DNA of 64,000 nt, taken from the IMG/VR virus record IMGVR_UViG_3300025870_000004, positions 28,687 to 92,686 of that record; one strand, given 5' to 3'. Position 1 is the stretch's first letter; every line of letters begins with the position of its first letter. Under the pieces are notes generated by a model, which did no database searches, had not been told where the DNA came from, and saw only the letters and a list, made by a program, of their open reading frames with translations. The position numbers and the translations under genes were made by a program. The DNA comes from a virus (lineage: Duplodnaviria; Caudoviricetes). Of this stretch, positions 26,418 to 35,163 are shown in pieces.

Positions 26418-26926
26418 ATGTAATAATCTCGCTTTCCGTCATTATGTTTTTCAAGTTCATGTTCTTGAACAAATTCCGTGATGAGAAGGTTCTGCATCTG
26501 TATCTGTTCTATCATATTGTCATCGTCACGATACCACTTGTAGTCAGGATACTTGATATTCCAACCACCACATTGATGCCACCAATCGAAACATTCTTGG
26601 TTAGTTCTATATACCAAATGAATAGGACAACCAAAGTCCATGAGATATGGTAAGTGATATGCAAATGTGTGAGACTTGATTACGCGAATGCCCTCACCAC
26701 TGAAAGGTTCGTCCCAGTGTTTCTCTTCGTTTCTAAACTCCATGCCGGGGTCAAAGTATGCACCTCGATGCATCAGGTTCTTACAACCCTCACGACCACG
26801 CCAATACTCTCGTTCAGGTGACATATCTGTCTTGTCAAGGTCATCACGAGTGTATAGGTGGTCTTCTACATACCCACTCCAACGACTGCCTGGCGCACCT
26901 GTTACGAAGATATACTTACCGTTCAT
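26393..26926 (-). CDS. P-loop/sulfotransferase-fold hypothetical protein
   Basis: FVTGAPGSRWSG, IKSH, LVYR...WW..GG..I.YP.Y.WY. Confidence 0.55.
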   Translation of the reverse strand: MNGKYIFVTGAPGSRWSGYVEDHLYTRDDLDKTDMSPEREYWRGREGCKNLMHRGAYFDPGMEFRNEEKHWDEPFSGEGIRVIKSHTFAYHLPYLMDFGCPIHLVYRTNQECFDWWHQCGGWNIKYPDYKWYRDDDNMIEQIQMQNLLITEFVQEHELEKHNDGKRDYYIWNTTENG

Positions 26927-27554
26927 TCTTTGGTCTTATCCCATTCCATACTTGTTCATCAAGCCAGTGAGAGTCAACATGCTTTACATACTTCTCATTC
27001 TGGTTCTCACTGATTGTCTTATTTATTCGTTCATCATCGTATGCAATTGGGAAGTCTAGAACCTTTGACAACCACTTCAGGTATGCACCGCCATAGAGAT
27101 AGAGTGACTCGTGCGATAGAAAGTGTAGGTCTGCATCTAGATTGTAATAGTATTGTAGTGCAGTCGGCATCGTGACTTCTTTTCGAACTCGTCTCTGTTG
27201 CTCTTTATTGATATTCTCTTCTCTTACAACGACACAGACTTTCACATCGTATCCCGCATTCTTCGCTTCGTTTACAACTTCTTGTATCTTCGGGACTTGT
27301 TTCACTCCGTCATACACAAAAGGCACACTGACGTTTGCGACAATCGCAGAACCCTTCAACATACTCTTTGTCTTTGACGGGTCAACCCAGCACTCTGCAA
27401 AGGGTTCTTCGTCACTTGGTATCCAATACTTGTCACCAAAGTCCCACCCATTCACATACGGATGATAACCAAGAACTTTACTGAATAGATGATTACCAGA
27501 CCCTTGTGGGCCTGTGACTATCAGTAGTCTTTTATACTCTTTGTTGCCCGACAT
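26916..27554 (-). CDS. P-loop/sulfotransferase-fold hypothetical protein
   Basis: IVTGPQGSGNHLFSK, VVRE, LSHESL. Confidence 0.55.
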   Translation of the reverse strand: MSGNKEYKRLLIVTGPQGSGNHLFSKVLGYHPYVNGWDFGDKYWIPSDEEPFAECWVDPSKTKSMLKGSAIVANVSVPFVYDGVKQVPKIQEVVNEAKNAGYDVKVCVVVREENINKEQQRRVRKEVTMPTALQYYYNLDADLHFLSHESLYLYGGAYLKWLSKVLDFPIAYDDERINKTISENQNEKYVKHVDSHWLDEQVWNGIRPKNER

Positions 27555-28212
27555 AGGTTCTCACTTTCAATGGATTGATTTCATCTGTGGGGCCTGTTCC
27601 AGAGTCAGGACTGAATACAAACAACGTAACGTCCTCACCCTTATTACACATGAAATTGTGTAGAACGTTTCTTTCCATCACCCAACAGTCACCTGCTTTG
27701 ATAGGGAACATCTCATCATTATCGAGTTCAATCTCACCTTTACCTGAGAGAATCAATCCAATACGTTGACTTGGGTGGGTGTGTAGAGTTTGTTTCATCC
27801 CTGCGGGGAAGTGGACATAGTTGATGACGGGGAGTCCAAGACGGCCTGGGTTTACTGCGGTGGTGTTCGTGCCGCCATCCATGTATGATAGGTTGCCTTT
27901 TGGATTATCGTGTGGTATAAACATGCGGTCATCGTTGAGATGTAGACCATAGAACTTGATATGAGCAAATACAGATGTCTCGTTGTGTGTCTCAACAGTA
28001 AACTCATTATCTGTCTGTCCAGCAAAACTGTTTGTATCGACAGACCAGCCATTCTTCATATGGACACTACAATCTTTGCCCATGATATAACTTGTTCCGA
28101 TAGACTCGTGATTGTTGAGATAGGTCGTGCTGGTGCCTTTCACAACTTGAATGTCATAGTTCCATATATCAGTAACTTGATAGGTCTCTGTATTCTCAAT
28201 TTGTTTCATCAT
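27532..28212 (-). CDS. Cupin-domain protein
   Basis: QTLHTHPS.RIG....G.G...GD......LHNF; LSYMDG, PDS..GPTDE. Confidence 0.85.
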   Translation of the reverse strand: MMKQIENTETYQVTDIWNYDIQVVKGTSTTYLNNHESIGTSYIMGKDCSVHMKNGWSVDTNSFAGQTDNEFTVETHNETSVFAHIKFYGLHLNDDRMFIPHDNPKGNLSYMDGGTNTTAVNPGRLGLPVINYVHFPAGMKQTLHTHPSQRIGLILSGKGEIELDNDEMFPIKAGDCWVMERNVLHNFMCNKGEDVTLFVFSPDSGTGPTDEINPLKVRTYVGQQRV

Positions 28213-28760
28213 AATCCTGTCACCTCTCTAATCTCTTTAGGTATGAAAGGTCTAGACATTCTTTCGGGATGCCAGACAATCGCGCAAACGTTACCCTTCA
28301 TCCAAGACTCTGTGTTACCTTCATCATCAATGTATAATTGTATCACATTTTGGGGTAGTTTGTCAATAGAAATATTATGAAAACTGTTCACACGGGTGTG
28401 GGTAGGTATGTTACCATAGACGAGATGTTCGGTATCATAGTGACCCTCACAGTCTTTTGTGCTGCCACCGAGCATCTCTGTCAGTAGAAACGCACCATGA
28501 CATATACCGAGCATAGGTTTACCCAGTCTCGACATTTCGGTTATGAGGGATACTTCTGTGAGGATGCGAATCTCTTCGTTGTCCCCACCCGTAATGATGA
28601 GTAGGTCGAGAGACTCCGCAAGGGATTCATAATCTAAGTCTTCACGATTTGGGATGGGGATGAGTTCATGACCCTTCAACAACCTATACCAGTTGTGGTC
28701 TAAGGAGTCATGAACTTGTCCGTTGTGCGTGAGGACTCTTTGTGTGAGTCCTATTCTCAT
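28209..28760 (-). CDS. Class I glutamine amidotransferase / peptidase C26 (gamma-glutamyl hydrolase-like)
   Basis: IGLTQR, TGG, GICHG (nucleophile Cys), VNSFH, WHPER. Confidence 0.85.
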   Translation of the reverse strand: MRIGLTQRVLTHNGQVHDSLDHNWYRLLKGHELIPIPNREDLDYESLAESLDLLIITGGDNEEIRILTEVSLITEMSRLGKPMLGICHGAFLLTEMLGGSTKDCEGHYDTEHLVYGNIPTHTRVNSFHNISIDKLPQNVIQLYIDDEGNTESWMKGNVCAIVWHPERMSRPFIPKEIREVTGL

Positions 28761-29459
28761 TTACCAACCGTAGGCTGCGTTTACGAGTTCGCGTGAACCT
28801 TTTGCTTCTACTGTGTTTTCGCACGAGATTTCAAACAGGTCTTTACGCATTGCTTCGATAATACGAAGAACACGACTCTGTGTTTTCTCATCAGTTGCAA
28901 CTTTGCGTAACTTGTATGCGCCGATACCACTGTGAAAACCTTCGTCTTTGGCAATCTCGCGATAACGACCAGAGATGAAACTATCTTCGATAGTGTCTGC
29001 CATCTGATTCCACACTGCTTCTGCACGACCTTCCGCGACCAACTGGTATGCGGCGAGGACTGCTTCGTCGTTCTCTGCGTCATACTTCTCAAGCAGTGAT
29101 GCACCTTTGGCAGTGTCTGCTTTTCTTTCAGCTTCAAGTGCTTGGGAGACGTTTACTTCTTCACCAGTGATATGTTCAATAACTTCCTTGACCATACGGT
29201 AGTGTTTTGCTTCGTCTGCTGCTTGTTTTGAAAGCAATTCTAATTCTCTTGGGTCTGCATCATCTTCTGCACTAGCAATCTGTGCAGAGATTTCCGACAT
29301 ATTCATACGTTCATTGACCATACGACCAATGAAGTGGTCAACCATTTCCTCTTTAGGAAGGTCGCCTTCGAAGTATGCCTTGACGTTCATCTTGGATGCT
29401 TCGAACAATGCTTGGTTTTCTTTGCGAATTTTCTTCACAAACTCTTGTGGATTTAACAT
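28761..29459 (-). CDS. Ferritin-like di-iron protein
   Basis: NE...DEAKH...AE...DEGFH, i.e. paired E/ExxH ligands in a helical protein. Confidence 0.8.
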   Translation of the reverse strand: MLNPQEFVKKIRKENQALFEASKMNVKAYFEGDLPKEEMVDHFIGRMVNERMNMSEISAQIASAEDDADPRELELLSKQAADEAKHYRMVKEVIEHITGEEVNVSQALEAERKADTAKGASLLEKYDAENDEAVLAAYQLVAEGRAEAVWNQMADTIEDSFISGRYREIAKDEGFHSGIGAYKLRKVATDEKTQSRVLRIIEAMRKDLFEISCENTVEAKGSRELVNAAYGW

Positions 29460-29493
29460 GTTAGTTCCTTATTCACTCTATTGACAATAACAG

Positions 29494-29501
29494 TATTTAT
29501 A
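29494..29501 (-). promoter_or_regulatory. T4-type late promoter TATAAATA
   Basis: Exact match overlapping the upstream stop, about 35 nt before the ferritin-like ATG. Confidence 0.75.
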
Positions 29502-30276
29502 CAATTTGTTTCATCAACTCTCCAACATTCTCCCCCTTATTAGGAAGTTTGTCTTTGAGGAAGAAATGAATGAAGTGACAGTCCTTCAAGTTATCGACTG
29601 CACTATACAACCCATTCCATTTACCGTCCATGTGTTTGGTTGGAATGTTATATCTCTTGAGGAAGTAGTTCAACAGCGTTTGGTCAGTAGACCACTTCCA
29701 TGCACCCTGTCCATCAACAAAGTCCTTGAACTCCATACGATTGATGAAACTATGTGGGTCTTGGCCCTTGAGATATGGTTTGAAGAGTTCACTGTTCAAC
29801 AGAATCAGACCCATGTTGAAGAACTCAAACCCTAGACTATTCGGTTTGAAATCTAATTTATTACTATGGAGAGGATTATATTGCATACGAGAGTAATTGA
29901 TAATCTTGTCTTTATACCAATCCTGAATACTCATCTCACGTTCACACACAGCCCCAAAGGCTTGTTCTGTTCCAAAGTCCTCAAAGATATTTGGTGCGTC
30001 TGGTCGGATATAGATGTCTGCGTCGATGATTGCAATCTGGTCGTAATAATTCAGATACTCAAATGCATTCTCTTTCTCGTAGATAGGTAGATATCCACCA
30101 TATTTCATATAGGACTCTTCACTACGATTTGTCGCAAAGATATCTGGTTTGATACGCAACTTAGGCTGTGTCAATACAATGTGTTCAATATCATACTTCT
30201 TACAATAGTCTGCAACCGACTGAATACAGTGGTCGTATAGTTTTGACGGTTTACCTACCGACACTTGGTAAATCAT
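29497..30276 (-). CDS. GT8-like glycosyltransferase
   Basis: IIDADI, FFNMGL, TDQTLLN, WN, FIHFF. Confidence 0.8.
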   Translation of the reverse strand: MIYQVSVGKPSKLYDHCIQSVADYCKKYDIEHIVLTQPKLRIKPDIFATNRSEESYMKYGGYLPIYEKENAFEYLNYYDQIAIIDADIYIRPDAPNIFEDFGTEQAFGAVCEREMSIQDWYKDKIINYSRMQYNPLHSNKLDFKPNSLGFEFFNMGLILLNSELFKPYLKGQDPHSFINRMEFKDFVDGQGAWKWSTDQTLLNYFLKRYNIPTKHMDGKWNGLYSAVDNLKDCHFIHFFLKDKLPNKGENVGELMKQIV

Positions 30277-30277
30277 T

Positions 30278-30886
30278 CTAGTGGCCAACTGTGCCTCCAA
30301 TTTCTGCATCATATACTGGTCTGCAATATTTAGTCACGAGATTAGTATCCCGATTTAGTTTATCGAACATGATATCATCGATGTATCTGGTGTGAACCTC
30401 AGTCACACACTCTAAGAGTAATTCCTCTGCGACCTCTGGTTCGATATAATATGCGGATGTGATAGGGCAGAGTTTTAAGTCCCACCAGTATGGGTGACCC
30501 TTGAACCTATCGCAATAGTTGTGAAACTCATCATCGTTCTGAAAATTACAGATTGAGAAGTATGGTGCGATTACAGGCATATCCGATGTCAGACATTCGG
30601 TGTCATGTTCTATCACCGTGATTGGTCTGTCCTCTTTCACACACTTTTCCCAGAGAAGATAGTGACTATACCAACATCCCATCTCTGACGGGGTGAAGTC
30701 TCGTTTGCCGTGATACTGGTCAATCTTAATATCATCATATAGATGAAGAGTCTCGGCAGTCACCGCATCAAACATGTTCACCTCAAACCCATGTTTCTTC
30801 CACGAGGGTAGAACCTTGTTCACATAATACTGCGACACCTCACTCTCAGGCATCTGTATCATCCAAATGTTGTCACATGTCTCCAT
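30278..30886 (-). CDS. GT25 glycosyltransferase
   Basis: EMGCWYSHYLLW, VIEHD, SAYYI.P..A..L. Confidence 0.8.
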   Translation of the reverse strand: METCDNIWMIQMPESEVSQYYVNKVLPSWKKHGFEVNMFDAVTAETLHLYDDIKIDQYHGKRDFTPSEMGCWYSHYLLWEKCVKEDRPITVIEHDTECLTSDMPVIAPYFSICNFQNDDEFHNYCDRFKGHPYWWDLKLCPITSAYYIEPEVAEELLLECVTEVHTRYIDDIMFDKLNRDTNLVTKYCRPVYDAEIGGTVGH

Positions 30887-31545
30887 AGTGTAACCCAACT
30901 CAGTATATTCCTTGTCTTCTCTTTGTGTAAGACTTGCCACCAACCATCTTCGGCTGGTAATAATTTTTTCTCATCGTATAGTTGAAATATCTTATTTGTA
31001 TCAACGCTCTTTGTTATAATAAGAAAGTCTCTCAGTTTATTCTCATCTACTACCCAATGATAATCCAATGGAACAGTAAGGTTTTGTAATGCCACTTCAA
31101 ATTGTTCGGGAGTCATCATAACAGGAACGGCTCCGAAACCTACAGTTTCACATTTATATTTTTCCATTATAACATTAATCACATCTCTTGTCAAGGGATT
31201 ATTGATGTAGGTGTCATATCTAACTCTGATGTAGTAATCAAATTCTTCGTCTAGACTATCAACCGCATGAGCAAACCCTAATATCTGAAAATGCCTTTTA
31301 TGGTGTTTGGTTACCTCGACCACTTTCTCTTCAGGTTCATATGGATGATATGTAACCTCTGGTTCTGGTGTGAACAAAACTTCATACTTGAAATCTTTGA
31401 ACTTATCCTTGTATTCTGTCCACGAATGAAAGACTGCCTTGTCGTGTGGAATATGATTTAGAATCCGTTCTGTCATGGCATTCACATTCATACCATCAGG
31501 CGGAACACCATTGAATATCAATACAATCTTTTTATCGGAATTCAT
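30859..31545 (-). CDS. Putative glycosyltransferase-like protein, paralogue of 22519..23280
   Basis: FHSW, EPEVTYHP, DYYIRVRYD, AEDGWWQVL. Confidence 0.55.
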   Translation of the reverse strand: MNSDKKIVLIFNGVPPDGMNVNAMTERILNHIPHDKAVFHSWTEYKDKFKDFKYEVLFTPEPEVTYHPYEPEEKVVEVTKHHKRHFQILGFAHAVDSLDEEFDYYIRVRYDTYINNPLTRDVINVIMEKYKCETVGFGAVPVMMTPEQFEVALQNLTVPLDYHWVVDENKLRDFLIITKSVDTNKIFQLYDEKKLLPAEDGWWQVLHKEKTRNILSWVTLWRHVTTFG

Positions 31546-32491
31546 TGAGGTCGAACTCCGTCCCATACATGTGGTGAAGGTCACGATTGTGATTCGAGTA
31601 AACTAGAACTTCAGGGTCATCAAGTAGAAAGTCGCACCCACGGCAGTAATCAGGATAATTTCCAGTAGTATGGTCATCACGGAGTTGACTATACTCATCA
31701 CCGAACCAGATTTCTTCAATTGTGTTTTCAGATGTGTGACCGAGAACCGCTTCCTCGTCTCTGCCCAAGACTTGACAACAAGGAGCGACAGCACCTCTTT
31801 TACCATCAAGGCCACCAACACGAATAACAACGTCTGGACTAAAAGGTCGCCCACAGGTCTTTACCTTACCTTCGCGTTTATAAGACGGGTCATACACACC
31901 ACTCCAGTTGTGTAGTTTCCAAATCTCTGTTTTAACGCCTAGGTCTTCGACCAATGCTTTGTATTCGTCTAGTTCATTCTGTAGATTGTCATTGTCAGTT
32001 ATCAGATGATATGTTGCAACTACACACTTTGAGTCGGTCTCATCCACATACGCCTTCATCTCGCGGATGTTTTGAATAATCTGTTCGTATGTGCCACCGA
32101 CTTTATTATACATCCACTCGTTGTATTTATCAGAATTAGAACCTATAAAGGAGAATCGATAGAAGTCAAGACCCGCATCAACACAATCCTTCATGTATTG
32201 ACCATGCATCTTGAATCCGTTAGAGAAGATAACAGCCTGTGCGTTATACTTCTTGACAATTCTGATATAGTCAGGTAGGTTGTTGACTGCGGTTGCCTCA
32301 CCACTACCATCAAGGTTTACGACCCGTAGACCATGTTGAGCGCAATCAGCAACATTCTTTTCAAACTCTTCAAGAGTCATCTTACCCTTGAATCGCATGT
32401 CACGTCCACCTGTTCGCATATCTTGAGGACACATACTACACGAGTAGTTACATCCACCATATACTTCTATTACTGCTCTATCAATCTTCAT
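31532..32491 (-). CDS. Radical SAM enzyme with a SPASM/twitch domain
   Basis: CNYSCSMC; GSGE; SNG; C-terminal CGRPF...PCC...CRGC. Confidence 0.9.
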   Translation of the reverse strand: MKIDRAVIEVYGGCNYSCSMCPQDMRTGGRDMRFKGKMTLEEFEKNVADCAQHGLRVVNLDGSGEATAVNNLPDYIRIVKKYNAQAVIFSNGFKMHGQYMKDCVDAGLDFYRFSFIGSNSDKYNEWMYNKVGGTYEQIIQNIREMKAYVDETDSKCVVATYHLITDNDNLQNELDEYKALVEDLGVKTEIWKLHNWSGVYDPSYKREGKVKTCGRPFSPDVVIRVGGLDGKRGAVAPCCQVLGRDEEAVLGHTSENTIEEIWFGDEYSQLRDDHTTGNYPDYCRGCDFLLDDPEVLVYSNHNRDLHHMYGTEFDLNEFR

Positions 32492-33329
32492 TCCAAAATC
32501 GTTCTATTCGTTTCATATGTCTGTGTGCTTTGTCTTTCATTCTATCTAGGTTAGGAACAAAATCCTTACCACCTGTTCCAAAGAAATCTTTCACTTCTTT
32601 TTGGGCGAATGGCTGTGCGGTTACAAAGTTAGAGTATTGATTATATCCATTTTCCAGTTGTATTGTATTAGGTGTATTATAACTAGTCACACCTTCCCAA
32701 GACGGAATATACATTGGTTTAGCAAAGTTCCTTGCAATGTAATGCCACATACCATCATAACAAACAATAAAGTCACACTCCTGTATGTGTTTATATGCTT
32801 CTTTAATCGGTGTTCTGTAGGTTAACTCCTGTAGTATCCAACCCTTCCAAGAAAGTAGCTTAATTATATCATACCAATCATCACTTGTCAAGAACCTTTT
32901 CCAACTTCTTGGTTTTTCTTTGTTGTAGTGGGGTGTCCACATCACAATCTTTTTCGTTTTAGGAACAAATTCTTCCTTATTGAATATCCAGTTATTATCA
33001 GGTGAACCAGATGGTTCATATGCTTTAGAGTCAAAATAAAATCTGTCTTTGTCTTGTCTATTATTGAAAGCACCACTCTCAAATAAATCAGAGTTATAGA
33101 CATGAGTAATCGTAACATCATCCTGTCGATGATATTTTGTATGCATCCATTTCATACGTTGAATTATTGTCTCAGGGTCTTGGGGATGATGAAGGTAATC
33201 CTCGTCATGCTCCCAGTGCATTTCGAGGTTTACTTTCTTACCTGTATCGTATGCATGTTTATGTGATGAATTCAGAGCCCACATAAAGTCGCCCACGCCT
33301 GGCGTGCCGCGCCACCTAATTTTTTCCAT
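32481..33329 (-). CDS. GT-B (GT9/heptosyltransferase-like) protein
   Basis: GVGD N-terminus; IQECDFIVCYDGMWHYIA..FAKP. Confidence 0.6.
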   Translation of the reverse strand: MEKIRWRGTPGVGDFMWALNSSHKHAYDTGKKVNLEMHWEHDEDYLHHPQDPETIIQRMKWMHTKYHRQDDVTITHVYNSDLFESGAFNNRQDKDRFYFDSKAYEPSGSPDNNWIFNKEEFVPKTKKIVMWTPHYNKEKPRSWKRFLTSDDWYDIIKLLSWKGWILQELTYRTPIKEAYKHIQECDFIVCYDGMWHYIARNFAKPMYIPSWEGVTSYNTPNTIQLENGYNQYSNFVTAQPFAQKEVKDFFGTGGKDFVPNLDRMKDKAHRHMKRIERFWNED

Positions 33330-33658
33330 TATTTCTTAGTAAGTGCCGATGCGCCAAAGAATGCAGCTACGATTGCTGCAACTGATACAAAATAGACAGA
33401 TGCAATATCTGCTACGAGTTCAGCCGCCTTATCCAGACCAACCAAGCTTGTGAAGAAGATGCCAGCGGGGTATAACAACATACCCAAGAGAGCAAACCAT
33501 GCCATCTTGCGTTGTGCGTCTGCCTTCTCATCTTCATTCTCAAATCTACGCATCTCTTCGGCTCTCGCCAGTTCTTCGTCAGTCACTACACCATCTCCAT
33601 CTAAATCATATTTGTCATAAATTGATTGTTCTTGTAATTGTTTTTGTTTTTTTGCCAT
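33329..33658 (-). CDS. Small membrane protein with an EF-hand-like loop (holin-like)
   Basis: DLDGDGVVTDEE followed by two transmembrane segments. Confidence 0.6.
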   Translation of the reverse strand: MAKKQKQLQEQSIYDKYDLDGDGVVTDEELARAEEMRRFENEDEKADAQRKMAWFALLGMLLYPAGIFFTSLVGLDKAAELVADIASVYFVSVAAIVAAFFGASALTKK

Positions 33659-33683
33659 GATAGTCTCTCCGTAATTACGAAGG

Positions 33684-33691
33684 TATTTAGT
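33684..33691 (-). promoter_or_regulatory. Late promoter variant ACTAAATA
   Basis: Overlaps the stop of the HAD gene, upstream of a GGAGAG ribosome-binding site. Confidence 0.55.
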
Positions 33692-34277
33692 CAACTAAGA
33701 ACTCGTAGACATCTTTCCAGTTCTTCATCAGAGGAAAGTCTTTACAATCCATATTGTATGCATGTTCCATGACCAGAGGTTCAAGACCAACCTTTGCACC
33801 AGCAACTGCGTTCTCTACCTTATCTTCAATCCAGACATACTCAGTTCCTTCATAGGGCGCAAGAACTTCGTCTTTGTCTGCACCAGTATCAAGATAGATA
33901 AACTTCTCAAATGCAGTCTCACCGAACAACTTCTGAATGTTCAGCGTCCGTAACCGTTGTGCGTTCTGGTCTTTACTTAGACTTGTAATCAGGTGAAAGA
34001 CATATCCACATTCTTCGTGGAGTTTCTTGACATACTGAATAGCATCCCGAAGAGGCGGAATGAAACCGACTGCAGCACTTTCGTTGAAGTCCCGAACTAA
34101 CCGTTTTGCTTCTGCTTTGGGAATACCATACAGTTCGCTGATGTCATATGCGAACTTATCAGATACACGATATCCTTTCTCGTGCATCCAGACATCGAAT
34201 GCATAGCCCCAGTTCAACAGAACACCGTCTGCGTCAGTGAGAATGACTTTGTGATATTGTGTATTGTATTCTAACAT
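33687..34277 (-). CDS. HAD-family 5'-nucleotidase-like protein (T4 30.2-like)
   Basis: ILTDADGVLLNW...ITS...WIEDK. Confidence 0.8.
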   Translation of the reverse strand: MLEYNTQYHKVILTDADGVLLNWGYAFDVWMHEKGYRVSDKFAYDISELYGIPKAEAKRLVRDFNESAAVGFIPPLRDAIQYVKKLHEECGYVFHLITSLSKDQNAQRLRTLNIQKLFGETAFEKFIYLDTGADKDEVLAPYEGTEYVWIEDKVENAVAGAKVGLEPLVMEHAYNMDCKDFPLMKNWKDVYEFLVD

Positions 34278-34304
34278 ATAAACTCTCTTTCTTGATTATG
34301 TCTT

Positions 34305-34333
34305 ATTATTACATAAAGAAAGAGAAATGTCAA
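34305..34333 (-). promoter_or_regulatory. sigma70-type early promoter
   Basis: TTGACA-16/17-(T)AATAAT; the -35 box contains the upstream TGA. Confidence 0.7.
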
Positions 34334-35163
34334 GTCTTTTTTAGGTATTTGAACTTATTATTTTCGTAGTCTTTAAGCATAACTACCTTATTACCACCAC
34401 CCGTGTAGTGTAGGAAGTTCATATCGTATCCCCTGTCGTCTGGCCAGTGTGTAGGAGTATCATTCCACGTCTGGTCAATACTTTGAATATTGAATCCGTG
34501 TTTGATTAGTTGTCCTGATAACCAAGGTTGGTCGTTGTTTAACCAGAATGGGTCACCGTGTTTATCCCCGTCTTCCATATAGTCTTGCCAAGGGTCAAAG
34601 AGTTCTCTTGCTCTTAGTCTCGCTTCCTTAGTCCATACCAATACACCTGTGTTAAAGGTCATGACGCAAGAGGGTCTATATGGGGGTTTTGTAGGGACAA
34701 TAGGGATACCATTGCGTTCATACTTGGCAATCAGTTCGTTCTTAATTTTGTCATTGTAATCCCAAGTGTTATATCCACCACTCTTTTCTGTGCGGATTTC
34801 AGACTCAAATACACCCGTCACATCATGACCATTGGTCTCGTCGAAAATGTTCTCTTCGGTATTACAAATGATGTCCGCATCAACGAATAGAACCTTGTCA
34901 TAGTCGTCATACATTGGGTCATAGACCACTCGCATACATTCGAAAAGTAATACTGTAGAACCTGTTATACCTGCTGTGTGAACCTGTTTGGTCGAGTAAT
35001 GGTGTTGTGCGCCAATCTTGTCTGCATAGATGCGAAACGACTCGGCGGAAAGGTCTGCGGTTTTTCGATACAACTCTGCGCGTGTGCCTTGAGGATATTG
35101 AGGAACTCTACCACGTTTCTCGGTTTCCGCATTGGTAATCATATATTGAAAGATTAAATTCAT
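34330..35163 (-). CDS. GT8-like glycosyltransferase
   Basis: VLFVDADI, FNTGV, NDQ, WN, FLHYTG. Confidence 0.8.
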   Translation of the reverse strand: MNLIFQYMITNAETEKRGRVPQYPQGTRAELYRKTADLSAESFRIYADKIGAQHHYSTKQVHTAGITGSTVLLFECMRVVYDPMYDDYDKVLFVDADIICNTEENIFDETNGHDVTGVFESEIRTEKSGGYNTWDYNDKIKNELIAKYERNGIPIVPTKPPYRPSCVMTFNTGVLVWTKEARLRARELFDPWQDYMEDGDKHGDPFWLNNDQPWLSGQLIKHGFNIQSIDQTWNDTPTHWPDDRGYDMNFLHYTGGGNKVVMLKDYENNKFKYLKKT

